Origin: Syntrophales bacterium
GTDB lineage: Bacteria; Desulfobacterota; Syntrophia; Syntrophales; UBA4778
Length of the DNA: 64,000 bases
Reading direction: 5' to 3'
Assembly: GCA_963665615.2 (NCBI GenBank)
Contig: CAXXQE010000008.1
Location: 620,001-684,000, forward strand
The notes under the pieces were generated by a model. The model searched no databases. It worked only from the letters and a program-made list of their open reading frames with translations, and was not told the DNA's origin. A program made the position numbers and the translations under genes. Each line of letters starts with the position of its first letter. Position 1 is the first letter of the stretch. This document shows, in pieces, positions 1 to 9,593 of this stretch.

Positions 1-1
1 G

Positions 2-349
2 ATAAACAGGGCCCATGGCTTCCTTCCAGTTCGCATATTGTCTCGCGTAATCGGTGCCCCCGTTTTTGAACCATCCATTGACGAGATCTCCCGCAACGAT
101 AAGGAGGTCCGGCTTTTCCCGCACAATATCGGCGGCCATTGCCCGTACCACGGCGTCGTTGATGCAGGACTTGTTTTTTTGAGGGGTGTTGTCACCCTGC
201 GTATCGCTGATGACGGCAAATTTCCAGGAGGCGATGGTTTCCCGAACGGAGGCCGCAAAACTCACATCGGGAACGCTGAGAAACAAAAGCAAAGAAAGCC
301 AGAGCGTAAAGATGCAAGAGCGCTGTATCCGTGGATTCATCGCCATCAT
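2..349 (-). CDS. Secreted calcineurin-like metallophosphoesterase (partial, runs off window start)
   Basis: Not in ORF track; manual translation MMAMNPRIQRSCIFTLWLSLLLFLSVPDVSFA...WKFAVISDTQG...KPDLLIVAGDLVNG shows a signal peptide plus metallophosphoesterase motifs I/II; ATGA overlap with upstream gene stop. Confidence 0.8.
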   Translation of the reverse strand, partial: MMAMNPRIQRSCIFTLWLSLLLFLSVPDVSFAASVRETIASWKFAVISDTQGDNTPQKNKSCINDAVVRAMAADIVREKPDLLIVAGDLVNGWFKNGGTDYARQYANWKEAMGPVY

Positions 350-1485
350 TTATCTTCTCGATGGATTACAGCCATTGTCCCCTGATTGTAAAGGTTGCGA
401 GCGAAACATTCCACGGAAAGATCCGCGCCGGTCACCATATGCATGAACATGCTCTTATTGCCGACGGCGATGCTTCTCCCCGGGAAAGTGCTTGCATAAG
501 TGTCTTCCGGAATCGATTTGAAGTACCCGGAAAACGGGTAGGTCCTGTTTGCCTCTGCCTGATCATCGAAGTATTTGTATCCCGTGGGATAGTCGAGAAA
601 GCGGTGCGCGCCTGAAGAAATGGTCAGGTACTGGCTCTCGCTGGGCTCGTAATATTGCCATGCGATGCCATTGCTGCATGGGGTATTCGGCCACAAAAAC
701 TCCGCCAACCCCACACCTTCCATGATGATCAAGGCGACGTCCTTTTCTAAGAGATCCTTGTCGAGCGCCTGCCGGATACCGGTGATCGCTTCAAGGGTGT
801 GACCCGGCGCATGCACGGGAGTCCGAAAATTGAGGGAGGGAATCATGACCGGCATCTTTTTGGTATCAGTCATGGTCTTAAAGGCATAGCCTTCACAAGC
901 CAGCATCAGGTATTCGGGCACCCTCTGCGCCTGCTCAGGCGTGCCGTTAAAAAGACGCAAGACCTCCTCACGGGGAATGATTTTCTCGATGTGAGGATGT
1001 TCCTCCAGCGCCTTCATATCCGCCGAACTCGGATCATACAGACCGGCGTACCGGGTGGACCAGTGCGTGCAAACAGCCAGCCCGTCGACTCTGGTGACAT
1101 CGATAGACCCTAAGAACGGCGTCATGTCACCCGTCCCCACCACAATGGCGTGAAAGCCGGATGTGTCGACGAAACGCTCCACTTCCAGGAAGGCCTCGGC
1201 GATCATCCTGGCACGCGCTTCCTGAGTCATCGGCGTATACCGGCCGCAAAAATACTGGGCCGCATACGTAAGGAAGGCGAACCGCGGCCGATAGGCGTCA
1301 ATGAGGTCAAGCGCCGTATCTGTGACCCAGCTGTTGCTTTTCGGGTCCATATCTCCCGGATAGGGGTGCCGCTTCAGAATTTCTCCGGCGGCTTCAACGA
1401 CAGGCCCTGCGGCCTGGATCTTTTCACCGGTTTTAAGGTCAAGGGTATTTTGCCACCCTCTGGCATCCACAATCACAATGCTCAC
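346..1485 (-). CDS. Hypothetical protein, possible degenerate/permuted alkaline-phosphatase-superfamily (PhnA-like) fold
   Basis: 379 aa ORF coupled to both neighbours by 4-nt overlaps; segments WVTDTALDLIDAYRPRFAFLTY, IVVGTGDM and VALIIMEGVG recall AlkP-fold elements. Confidence 0.55.
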   Translation of the reverse strand: MSIVIVDARGWQNTLDLKTGEKIQAAGPVVEAAGEILKRHPYPGDMDPKSNSWVTDTALDLIDAYRPRFAFLTYAAQYFCGRYTPMTQEARARMIAEAFLEVERFVDTSGFHAIVVGTGDMTPFLGSIDVTRVDGLAVCTHWSTRYAGLYDPSSADMKALEEHPHIEKIIPREEVLRLFNGTPEQAQRVPEYLMLACEGYAFKTMTDTKKMPVMIPSLNFRTPVHAPGHTLEAITGIRQALDKDLLEKDVALIIMEGVGLAEFLWPNTPCSNGIAWQYYEPSESQYLTISSGAHRFLDYPTGYKYFDDQAEANRTYPFSGYFKSIPEDTYASTFPGRSIAVGNKSMFMHMVTGADLSVECFARNLYNQGTMAVIHREDK

Positions 1486-2492
1486 GGTTGCACCTCTTGT
1501 GCATTGGCGAGGCCGCTCCGCTCATTCAGCAATTTGATCTTTTGTCCGCAGCGAGGGCAGCGGCTGTCTTCGCAGAGCAATCTTTTGAGTTTATCGCCCC
1601 CGCATCCCAGACTGAAGCGTTCGATAACGGTAGCTCCGCACTCAAGGCAGGACGTATTCACCCAGTCGGAGCCGACAAAATTATGAAAATAGACGTATGG
1701 AAGCCTTTTCCTCGCAGCATACAGAACCGTGTTGATGGCCTGAATGTTCGGGTAGTCAGCGTCCTTCATCTCGTCTTCCGGAAGGAGGCGGAAAACGTGC
1801 CAGGGGATCTCCGGATCGACGTCCGCCAGAAAGTCCGCTATGGCCTCAATCTCCCTGTCATTCGCTCCCTGAATGATGGGTGTGGTTACCTCCACATGAC
1901 AGTCTTGCGCGAGCTGTTTGATATTGCGCAGGACCGGCGCAGAAGAGGCAATTCCGATATAGGCTTTATTGAAAGAAGTGGATATTCCCTTGAGGCTTAT
2001 ATTAACGAAAGAAAACATAGACGACAGAAGTGCTGTCGCTTCTGTGGTCGTATAGCCATTCGTCAGGCATCCCATGAGAATGCCTGAGGCCCTGGCTTCC
2101 TGAGCGACCTCGAGAAGCGAAGGGATAGAAACAGTCGGTTCGTTGACGTTAAAGACAATGCTGCGGCAGTTGAGTTTTTGCGCCATGCCGACCAATTCGT
2201 CGGGCGGGAGATGGTACATCCGGTCTTGTTGAGCCTCCGGATCTTCTTTCGCAATATAGGCATTTGAACAGTATCGGCAACGAAAGTTGCAGCCGCTCGT
2301 GCCGATGACCAGGCAGCGGCTACCCGGATATGCGTGGTAGAACGGAATCGATTCCAAGAGGGATACACCGCAGGCGCTCCAGCGATGCGGGAAGCGCTCA
2401 CTGAGCCTGCCTTCCGACACACTGTACATGCGGCAGAACCCAGTCTCATTGTGCCCGATTTCACATTTTCTTTCACAGTAGTTGCAGCGCAT
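1482..2492 (-). CDS. Radical SAM enzyme, AmmeMemoRadiSam/PflA-like family
   Basis: CNFRCRYC motif, N-terminal C-x2-C-x3-C-x9-C, ESIPFYH, NEPT, C-terminal CxxC pairs. Confidence 0.85.
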   Translation of the reverse strand: MRCNYCERKCEIGHNETGFCRMYSVSEGRLSERFPHRWSACGVSLLESIPFYHAYPGSRCLVIGTSGCNFRCRYCSNAYIAKEDPEAQQDRMYHLPPDELVGMAQKLNCRSIVFNVNEPTVSIPSLLEVAQEARASGILMGCLTNGYTTTEATALLSSMFSFVNISLKGISTSFNKAYIGIASSAPVLRNIKQLAQDCHVEVTTPIIQGANDREIEAIADFLADVDPEIPWHVFRLLPEDEMKDADYPNIQAINTVLYAARKRLPYVYFHNFVGSDWVNTSCLECGATVIERFSLGCGGDKLKRLLCEDSRCPRCGQKIKLLNERSGLANAQEVQP

Positions 2493-2627
2493 TTATATGA
2501 CCTCTGATTGTTCATCATGAAAGACGCCAGGCTGCTGTCCGTGGTTCCTGTCCTGTGCGGTCAAAGCACAGAGGCCGGTGCGATTCATGGATATATTGCA
2601 TCGATTTTCAAATATAGAGCATTGCAT
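2493..2627 (-). pseudogene. 44-aa small ORF resembling the radical SAM N-terminus (probable remnant of a deleted paralog)
   Basis: AGGAG SD; MQCSIFENRCNISMNRTGLC aligns with MRCNYCERKCEIGHNETGFC; TAA abuts the rSAM ATG. Confidence 0.55.
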
Positions 2628-2642
2628 GGTGATTCTCCTATA

Positions 2643-3692
2643 TTACAGTGGCGGCTGGCCATTCAGAATGCGCTCGGCATCGGCTCTTGTCATTTTGATA
2701 TCGTAGATCTCGCCATAGAACCGCTGCATCTCCTTGACGATATCCCAGTCCTTGAAAAGTGCAGGGTGGAATTTTTTCCCCAGGAAGAGCGGCAGCAGTG
2801 CGGTTTCGCAACTGGTCATGTCCCAGTAAAAAATACCGGCAGGCACTTTATAGACTTTCCCCGTTTTGGATGCCCGCAACGTCTGTATGCCCGACGCCTC
2901 CATCGACGTGTTGAAAGAACCGTTCATTCCTAAAAGAACAATGTCCGGGTCCCACGCCATGACCTTTTCGAGGTTCACCTCTGCAAAATATTTAGTCATC
3001 TGCTTCGGCAGATAGATGCCGCCCGCCAGTTCGGTGTACCAGCGCATGATCGTATTGCCTCCCTGCGTAGCGCAAAGATCAACGACCTTGCCATAGTAAA
3101 CTCGCGGTTTGTCGGCCTCCGGGATGCGGGACGTGATGGCGGTGATCCTCGCCGTGATGTCATCCAGGTAGTTGCCGTATTTCATGGCCCTCACCCGGGC
3201 ATCAGACCCCAGAATCTCGCCGAAAAAAAGGATCTGTCTTTTCAACTCCGTGGCGTACTCGGCCATTGTTGACGGCGTGAATTTATCGTTGAAGGGACAG
3301 ACGGCGGCTATGCCGGCCTGCGTGACCTTGCTGATATCGACATGCCCTTTGGGATAAAAAACCAGATCAACCTTGAGTTTGAGGAGTCGCTCGACATCGG
3401 GAATGGCATTGAAAGCAGTTGTCGAAACGCCTTTCAGTTCAGGATAAAATTTGTAGGCCCAGGGCGTCGTGAAATTCGGTATCAATGCGACCCGATCGCC
3501 CTTGCTCAACATGACCACCTTGTCGTAGGCGGGGGCATAAAAACAGGCGATTCGTTTAGGGTAAGACGGGATAGCGATCCTGCTGCCGTCAAGTGCTGTG
3601 ACGACACGAGTTTCAGCGGCATACGAACCGCCGCAGGCCTCAAAACCAAGCAGTGTAATAATCAGGACAACTGTAAACAAAAACCTCTTCAT
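2643..3692 (-). CDS. ABC transporter periplasmic binding protein, Fe-siderophore/cobalamin (class III) type
   Basis: Signal peptide MKRFLF after GGAG SD; PKRIAC, VERLLKLKVDLV, EVNLEKVMAWDPD motifs. Confidence 0.88.
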   Translation of the reverse strand: MKRFLFTVVLIITLLGFEACGGSYAAETRVVTALDGSRIAIPSYPKRIACFYAPAYDKVVMLSKGDRVALIPNFTTPWAYKFYPELKGVSTTAFNAIPDVERLLKLKVDLVFYPKGHVDISKVTQAGIAAVCPFNDKFTPSTMAEYATELKRQILFFGEILGSDARVRAMKYGNYLDDITARITAITSRIPEADKPRVYYGKVVDLCATQGGNTIMRWYTELAGGIYLPKQMTKYFAEVNLEKVMAWDPDIVLLGMNGSFNTSMEASGIQTLRASKTGKVYKVPAGIFYWDMTSCETALLPLFLGKKFHPALFKDWDIVKEMQRFYGEIYDIKMTRADAERILNGQPPL

Positions 3693-3787
3693 GATATTTT
3701 CTCCGGCGATCAGTAACATCCAGAACTTGATGGTAGCTATGTGCCTGCAATATCTCTCTGGACTCCCTCGTGAAAAATATTTGTTCC

Positions 3788-3866
3788 TGTCATTGCGAGC
3801 GGAGCGAAGCAATCTGGTTCCCTTGAGTTATGAGATTGCTTCGTCACAATGTTCCTCGCAATGACA
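3788..3866. repeat. REP-like palindrome (TGTCATTGCGAG...CTCGCAATGACA), copy 1
   Basis: 12-bp terminal inverted repeat with inner GAAGCAATCT/AGATTGCTTC; related copy at 61659-61735. Confidence 0.8.
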
Positions 3867-3946
3867 TATTTGCTGCGTATGATGAGACTTTGCTCGTTAT
3901 GGATCGCAATCTTTTAAACTCTGAACTCCCAACACAGAACTCCCAA

Positions 3947-4999
3947 CTACGGCGACGCCGGCGGCAGACACTTCAAAATCCTTTCGGCGTCTTTATCCGT
4001 GATGGTCTTTCCGTAAACCTCGGCATAGAATGTTTTCATCTCGCTTATCATGTCCCAGTCCCTGAAGAGCTCGGGGTGAAGGACCTTGGCCATGTATATG
4101 GCCAGCAGGACGCTTTCGCCGCTGGCATACTCCTAGGCGAAGATCCCGTTTGGGATGAGATAGAGATTGTCGGTTTTTACCGCTTTGAGTGAGGTCCAGT
4201 TGGGATTTTTTCGGACACTGTCCAGCGTGTTGCCCCAGCCGCTGACGAAAATAACATCCGGATTCCATGCCAGCACCTCCTCCATATTGACCTCGGTGAA
4301 GTTGCTGTCGTGCGACTGCGTCAGCAGATTACCGCCTGCAACCTCGGTGAACCAGTGCAACACACTCGCTCTTCCCTGGCTCGCCAGAAGATCGCCCTGC
4401 CGCCCTCCGTAATAAACCGTCGGTCGGTCTTTCTGTGGAATCTTCGAGGTGAGCGACAGGATCCGGTTGATCTTCCTGTCGAAATATTTGCAGTAGTTGA
4501 TCGCCCGTGCTTTTGCGTCCGGGCCGAGCAGATCGCCAAAGAACATTACCTGCCGTTTGAAGTTGTCCATGAAGTCCTTCATAGTTCTCGGCCTTTTCTG
4601 TGCAGAAAACCCGCAGGCCGTGCTGAGACCCGCGGCACGGTATTTCTCCGCCTCTCCAGGATACGGCGAATAGAGAACGAGATCCGTCTTGAGTTTGAGG
4701 AGCCGCTCGACATTGCCGGTAAAGGGCGGCATGATTGTTTCCACATTCCGGATCTCAGGGTAGAGCTTGTATGCCCAGGGCGAGGGCTTCATTGTCAGGA
4801 CGAGGGCGCTGCCCTTGCCGAGCAAGATGATCCGATCTGAGGAAACGCCGTGCATGCACGCGATCCGCTGCGGATTCACGGGCACTTCGATCTTTCGGTC
4901 GTCCATGTCCGTGATGATGCGGGTATCAGCGGCATGCGCGCACATAGAACCGAAAAGCACCAGCAGGATCGCCATGATGAGCAATCGTCTATTTTTCAT
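3947..4999 (-). pseudogene. Second class III periplasmic binding protein with in-frame TAG at 4133-4135
   Basis: Frame continues past TAG (EYASGESVLLAIYMAKVLHPELFRDWD...) and matches the paralog C-terminus; TAG sits at the paralog Trp (GIFYWD). Confidence 0.8.
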
Positions 5000-5132
5000 T
5001 TTACGTTACTCCTGTCGAAGTGCCATTGACTTCTCGTGAACTTCTGACCAAATTGCTAATTTTGTTCCAGTTAAAAGCCGCGCAATTGCATGACTGTTCA
5101 CTGTTTACTATTGACTGCGGCATCGCCGCGCT

Positions 5133-6143
5133 TTACTCCTTCCACTGTCTCGTCTGCTTCATGAGCAAATAGCCCAAAAGAGGCGCGCCGATAAACGAGG
5201 TCACAATACTGATCGGAATTTCGCCTCCGGGCAGAATCCGGACGATGGTATCGGTCAGGAGCAGAAACAGGGCCCCGAGCAACGCGGCAAAGGGGATGAG
5301 CCGGCTATGGTCCGGTCCGATCATGAGCCGGGAGATATGCGCTACGATGAGATCGACCCACATGATGATCCCGCAGGAAGAGCTTCCCGCTGCGACAATC
5401 AACGTTCCGAAGAGCATGAAGAAGATACGGGAAAATTGAACATTGATCCCCATGGACAGCGCTTCCTCATCGCCGAGCGCCATGAGATTGAGACGCCCCC
5501 GGTAGAAGCAGATGGCCATGATCCCGACAGAGACGATGACTACCGCCCTGACGACATGTTTCCACAGGACGTTGTTCAGGCCACCCATCGTCCAGAAAAC
5601 GATGGCGGGGAGTTGCTCGTAGGGATCGGCGATGTATTTGAGCAGCGAACCGGCCGCCATGAAGAAGGTGGATACGATGACCCCTGCAATGACCAGTGTG
5701 GTCAGGGTGTTGATGCCGCGGTTGCCGATGGCATAGACCAGGGCGACCGCCGCTACCGCCCAGAAGAACGCGGACGTTTCTATGGTAATAGCCGATCTGC
5801 TGAGAAAAACGATGGCAATGGATGCGCCGAAGACAGCCCCGTGTGTAATCCCCAGAAAGGACGGCGATACCAGGGGATTGCGCATAACACCCTGAAATAC
5901 GACCCCGCCGACGCCCAGCGCCGAACCGGCAATGATGGCCATGAGTATGCGCGGCAGCCTGACCGACCATAAGACCATCGATGGTACGGCGAGATCGTCG
6001 CCTGTGGGCTGACCGGTGAGTTTCAGGAACACAACCTGCCAAAGCGTCTGCAGGCGGATGTGATACTGGCCGGTCGTCAGGGCGAAGATCACGCAGAGTA
6101 TCAGCAGAACCGAAACAATCATAAAGGCGCTGCGCTGTCTCAT
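5133..6143 (-). CDS. ABC transporter permease, FecCD/BtuC family
   Basis: VRLPRI, QGVMRNPLVSP, LNLMALGDEEALSMG, EIPISIVTSFIGAP. Confidence 0.92.
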   Translation of the reverse strand: MRQRSAFMIVSVLLILCVIFALTTGQYHIRLQTLWQVVFLKLTGQPTGDDLAVPSMVLWSVRLPRILMAIIAGSALGVGGVVFQGVMRNPLVSPSFLGITHGAVFGASIAIVFLSRSAITIETSAFFWAVAAVALVYAIGNRGINTLTTLVIAGVIVSTFFMAAGSLLKYIADPYEQLPAIVFWTMGGLNNVLWKHVVRAVVIVSVGIMAICFYRGRLNLMALGDEEALSMGINVQFSRIFFMLFGTLIVAAGSSSCGIIMWVDLIVAHISRLMIGPDHSRLIPFAALLGALFLLLTDTIVRILPGGEIPISIVTSFIGAPLLGYLLMKQTRQWKE

Positions 6144-6931
6144 TGATCATGCCCCGGCAGGACGAACACGGTTCCCGAGTCCGTCTGGCCCATCTTGATC
6201 CGCATGTTGTACACGGACTCGAGCGAATCCTGATGAAAGACCTTCCAGCGCGGGCCCTGATGGGTAATAGACCCGTCATTGAGCATGATGAGCCGGTCGC
6301 AGTATCGCCCCGCCGCGTTAGGATCGTGCAGGGTCATCACGGTGGTGAGCTTCTTTTCCTTTGTGACTTTCCGGATCAGTTCCATGATCTGAAACTGGCG
6401 CTTGAAATCGAGGTGCGATGTCGGTTCGTCGAGGAGCAGGATCCGCGCCTTCTGAAAGAGTGCGCGCGCGATCAACACCATCTGTTTTTCTCCCCCCGAG
6501 AGCTCCGTGTAGCGCCGCTCCGCCAGATGGCCGATCTCGAACTCCTCCAGGATCTCGCGGGCGCTGCAGTGGTCGCACTTCTTCGCAATCCCGGAAAAGC
6601 CGAATCTCACGCAACCCGCCATCAGCACCATTTGCAGGACGGTGAAGGGAAAGACGATGTTGAGTTCCTGCGGGACCATTGCGATCAGCCCGGCGATTTC
6701 CTCGCGGGATAGACGGGCGACATCGCGGCCGTCTATCAGGATGTGGCCGGCTTCGTAATTCAGAATCCGATTGATACACTTGAGCAGGGTCGTCTTGCCG
6801 GAGCCGTTGGGTCCGAGCAGCCCGCAGATCTCTCCCGCTATGACCGAGCAGGTGATATCGCTCAGCGTCTTTCGGTCTCGATAACTGAAATCCATATGTT
6901 CGATGACGAGAATGTTATCATCTCGTTCCAT
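6140..6931 (-). CDS. ABC transporter ATPase, FecE/BtuD family
   Basis: GPNGSGKT, LSGGE, LLLDEPTSHLD, LHDPN. Confidence 0.93.
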   Translation of the reverse strand: MERDDNILVIEHMDFSYRDRKTLSDITCSVIAGEICGLLGPNGSGKTTLLKCINRILNYEAGHILIDGRDVARLSREEIAGLIAMVPQELNIVFPFTVLQMVLMAGCVRFGFSGIAKKCDHCSAREILEEFEIGHLAERRYTELSGGEKQMVLIARALFQKARILLLDEPTSHLDFKRQFQIMELIRKVTKEKKLTTVMTLHDPNAAGRYCDRLIMLNDGSITHQGPRWKVFHQDSLESVYNMRIKMGQTDSGTVFVLPGHDQ

Positions 6932-7115
6932 ACGTGCCTCTTATTATTCTCAGACAAGGCAGCTAATCACCTTGTTGCAGCCAAGTTATTGGTTCTTTCA
7001 TCCTGTCTGAAGGTTCTCTGAATTCCCTCAGGCGCCAAAGGCCGGGGAACATGGAGAAGCGTTATGAAAATCTGTCGACGAATTTTCCTTATAAAGAGTA
7101 ATATGAAAAAGTTTT

Positions 7116-7191
7116 AAAAAGATGATGGCCCCTATCGATTCATAGAGGAAGGAATGGGGCCGGTGAACCCACCACAACAGGGGCCATCATC
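7116..7191 (-). terminator. Stem-loop plus U-tract downstream of TonB receptor 1
   Basis: 13-bp IR GATGATGGCCCCT/AGGGGCCATCATC followed by T5 on minus strand; the loop is long. Confidence 0.45.
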
Positions 7192-7245
7192 ACAGGGGTC
7201 GAATCAGGGATACGTTGGAAAAATCCCTGACTTGGGAACGGCCCC

Positions 7246-9333
7246 TTAAAACTTTACGGAGACGCCAGTCCAGAAGCTACGCCCAGGCGCGGGATAACCA
7301 TATTCCGACTCATAGTTCTTGTCGAAGAGGTTTTTGGCCTGTACATAGACCTCGTAGTGCTTGGCGAAAGGCTGCGTGATTTTGAAATCGCACAGGACGT
7401 AATCGCCGATCTTTTCTTCTGAACCCGGCGTTACGTTGTTGTAAACGGATGCCATGTAAGAGGCGCTTGCATCGACCACGGTCCGGATAACGGGTACGGT
7501 GTACTGGGCCGATACATGGAAGATATCCTCCGGCACGCCGGTCACATTCTTGCTGACGGCATTGGCGCTGCGATCTTCAGCCTCCAGACGCGTGTAATCG
7601 GCGCGAAGCGTCAGATCGTTGATAAGATACGCTTCAACGCCAATCTCGGCGCCCCGCACGCGGGTCTCGCCGATGTTTACCATCCGCTTGTTGGCGCCTG
7701 AACCGATCGATGTGATTCTATCCGTAATGTCATACCAGAAAAGGGAGACTTCTCCCTTGAAGCAGGATCCGAAAGACCGTGAGGCGCCTACCGTGTAGTT
7801 TCTGCTTTTCTCCGGCGACAGATGGGGATCCCCGGCGGCAACCACGTTGTAGAGATTGTTGAGGGTCGGGAAACGGCTCTTTCTGGCAAAGGATGCATAG
7901 ACCTTGGTTGTGTCGGCGAAGGTATAGTTCGCGCCGATCATGCCGTCTACGATGCCGTCATTGGGGGCATAGACGCCGCCGTAACTGGTCATATCGCCGG
8001 CCCCGTTGGTTGTTGCCTTCTCGGCTCTTGTCACCTCAAACCAGTCGTAGCTGAGTCCGGCCGTAATGGAGAGGTTTTTGATCAGGGTAAACTCATCCTC
8101 TATGCCGACCGAGCCCGTATAGGAGAAATAATGGTCATAGGGGAGATATTCGTCCGCTATTTCTTCATGTGAATCTCCCTGATAATGAACGGCCATCCGG
8201 ATGGCGTTCCAGGCGACGGGTTGATATTCGAGCGAAACCGAACCGCCCATCAGATAGTCCCTGTAATGGCTCATAGCAAGAACATTGCTGAACGTCGGAT
8301 CCTCGTATGAGTAGAGACTGTCATTGTGAGAGTGATAGAAGAACTTCGCCTTTGCGATAAGTTTCTCCGTCAGGCGCTGGCGTGCATCCAGGTCGATTCC
8401 CCAGTTGTCGTATTCGGGAAGACGATCGGCATAGAACTGGGAGAAGACAGGGCGTGAGAAGACATTGTTTGAATTCACATTGGACGGTGAGCCCTCTTCA
8501 TCCGTCAGGTAGTGGAACGTCACGAAGTACTGTGAATCCGGATTCCGGTCGAGCCCGAACTTTCCCCAGAGTTTATGGGTGCGGTAATCGGAGTTGTCAC
8601 GCACGCCGCCATCTTCAAAGACGTGCGTGGTTACTCGATTGGGATTCCCTACGGCATAGCGCCTGTCCGTCAGGGTTCCAGTTTTCGGTTTATAGTCGTC
8701 CGACAGATACCAGCCGTTCGATTTTTCAAAGGTATAGCTCAACCAGTAGCTCAAGAGACCTGCTTTCATCCCGTTGACGGCCGAGAATCGATAGGTGTTG
8801 TTTTCAGACATCTCGGCAGAGGCACTGGTATAGGGCTTTTCCGTCCCCTTCTTCGTAATGATGTTAATGACACCGGCAATGGCATTGGCGCCGTAAAGAA
8901 CAGACGACGCTCCCTTGATGATCTCTATCTTGGCGATATTTTCCGTATTGATCATATTCAGGTCCAGAAACCCGAACTTCGTTTCATAATAGGGAACGCC
9001 GTCGATTAGCACGAGCGCTCGACTCTGATCGAAGCCGTTGATCGTAACGGACGCGTGATTCTTGGCGCCCGTCGTGATCCTGAGCCCCGGTGCATGCGAC
9101 AACACATCCGCGACCGTATGACTGCCGGTCGCTTTGATGTCGTCGGCTGTTATCGTGGTCGTTGTCGTCACCTCCGGCGCCGGCTTTGCTGCGTTGACCA
9201 CCACCTCGCCCAAATCGTAAGCTTCATAATCTTTTACTGCTTTCTTTTCGGCAGCCATCAGCGTGCCGGCACACCACAAAAAGAGCACAAAGCTCATAGA
9301 GACTGTCCATAGCAACTTCTTCCGCTTCCTCAT
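7246..9333 (-). CDS. TonB-dependent outer-membrane receptor 1
   Basis: GGAGG SD, signal peptide, TonB-box-like LGEVVV, plug motif IEIIKGASSVLYGANAIAGVINIITK, C-terminal NLFDKNY...GVSVKF. Confidence 0.93.
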   Translation of the reverse strand: MRKRKKLLWTVSMSFVLFLWCAGTLMAAEKKAVKDYEAYDLGEVVVNAAKPAPEVTTTTTITADDIKATGSHTVADVLSHAPGLRITTGAKNHASVTINGFDQSRALVLIDGVPYYETKFGFLDLNMINTENIAKIEIIKGASSVLYGANAIAGVINIITKKGTEKPYTSASAEMSENNTYRFSAVNGMKAGLLSYWLSYTFEKSNGWYLSDDYKPKTGTLTDRRYAVGNPNRVTTHVFEDGGVRDNSDYRTHKLWGKFGLDRNPDSQYFVTFHYLTDEEGSPSNVNSNNVFSRPVFSQFYADRLPEYDNWGIDLDARQRLTEKLIAKAKFFYHSHNDSLYSYEDPTFSNVLAMSHYRDYLMGGSVSLEYQPVAWNAIRMAVHYQGDSHEEIADEYLPYDHYFSYTGSVGIEDEFTLIKNLSITAGLSYDWFEVTRAEKATTNGAGDMTSYGGVYAPNDGIVDGMIGANYTFADTTKVYASFARKSRFPTLNNLYNVVAAGDPHLSPEKSRNYTVGASRSFGSCFKGEVSLFWYDITDRITSIGSGANKRMVNIGETRVRGAEIGVEAYLINDLTLRADYTRLEAEDRSANAVSKNVTGVPEDIFHVSAQYTVPVIRTVVDASASYMASVYNNVTPGSEEKIGDYVLCDFKITQPFAKHYEVYVQAKNLFDKNYESEYGYPAPGRSFWTGVSVKF

Positions 9334-9484
9334 AATTCTTAAACCTCCTTGTGTTGTTTGCGTACTGAGATTCCCCTGTTGTAGCGCGGCAAGGCTAAGG
9401 CCGCGCAATGCGGCGCATAGCCTGAAACATAACGCCTACCCGGGGCGGTCGTGTTTCCGATCGCTCCGGGTAGATATCTTTCGC

Positions 9485-9582
9485 TCTCCTTTCCAAACAC
9501 GGGAGGCACGGCCGTTTCCCGCCGTACCCTGTCGTCTCAATACCCATACCGTGCGAAGGCTTCAGGTTATGGAGATCGGAGA
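9485..9582 (-). ncRNA. Moco RNA motif (putative riboswitch), P3-lacking variant, upstream of TonB receptor 1
   Basis: Minus strand TCTCCGATCTCC...ACCTGAAG...GGT...GAGACGAC-AGGGTACGGCGGGAAACGGCCGTGCCT-CCCGTGTTTGGAAAGGAGA; the 3' part matches the Moco motif signature. Confidence 0.88.
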
Positions 9583-9593
9583 TGCTTCTCTAC

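Noticed and set aside
4133..4135. Pyrrolysine recoding of the in-frame TAG
   Set aside because: It aligns to a conserved Trp one substitution away; no pyl genes in the window; other genes use TAG as a normal stop
7334..9484. Calling receptor 1 btuB with a cobalamin riboswitch
   Set aside because: The leader matches the Moco motif 3' signature and I found no B12 box
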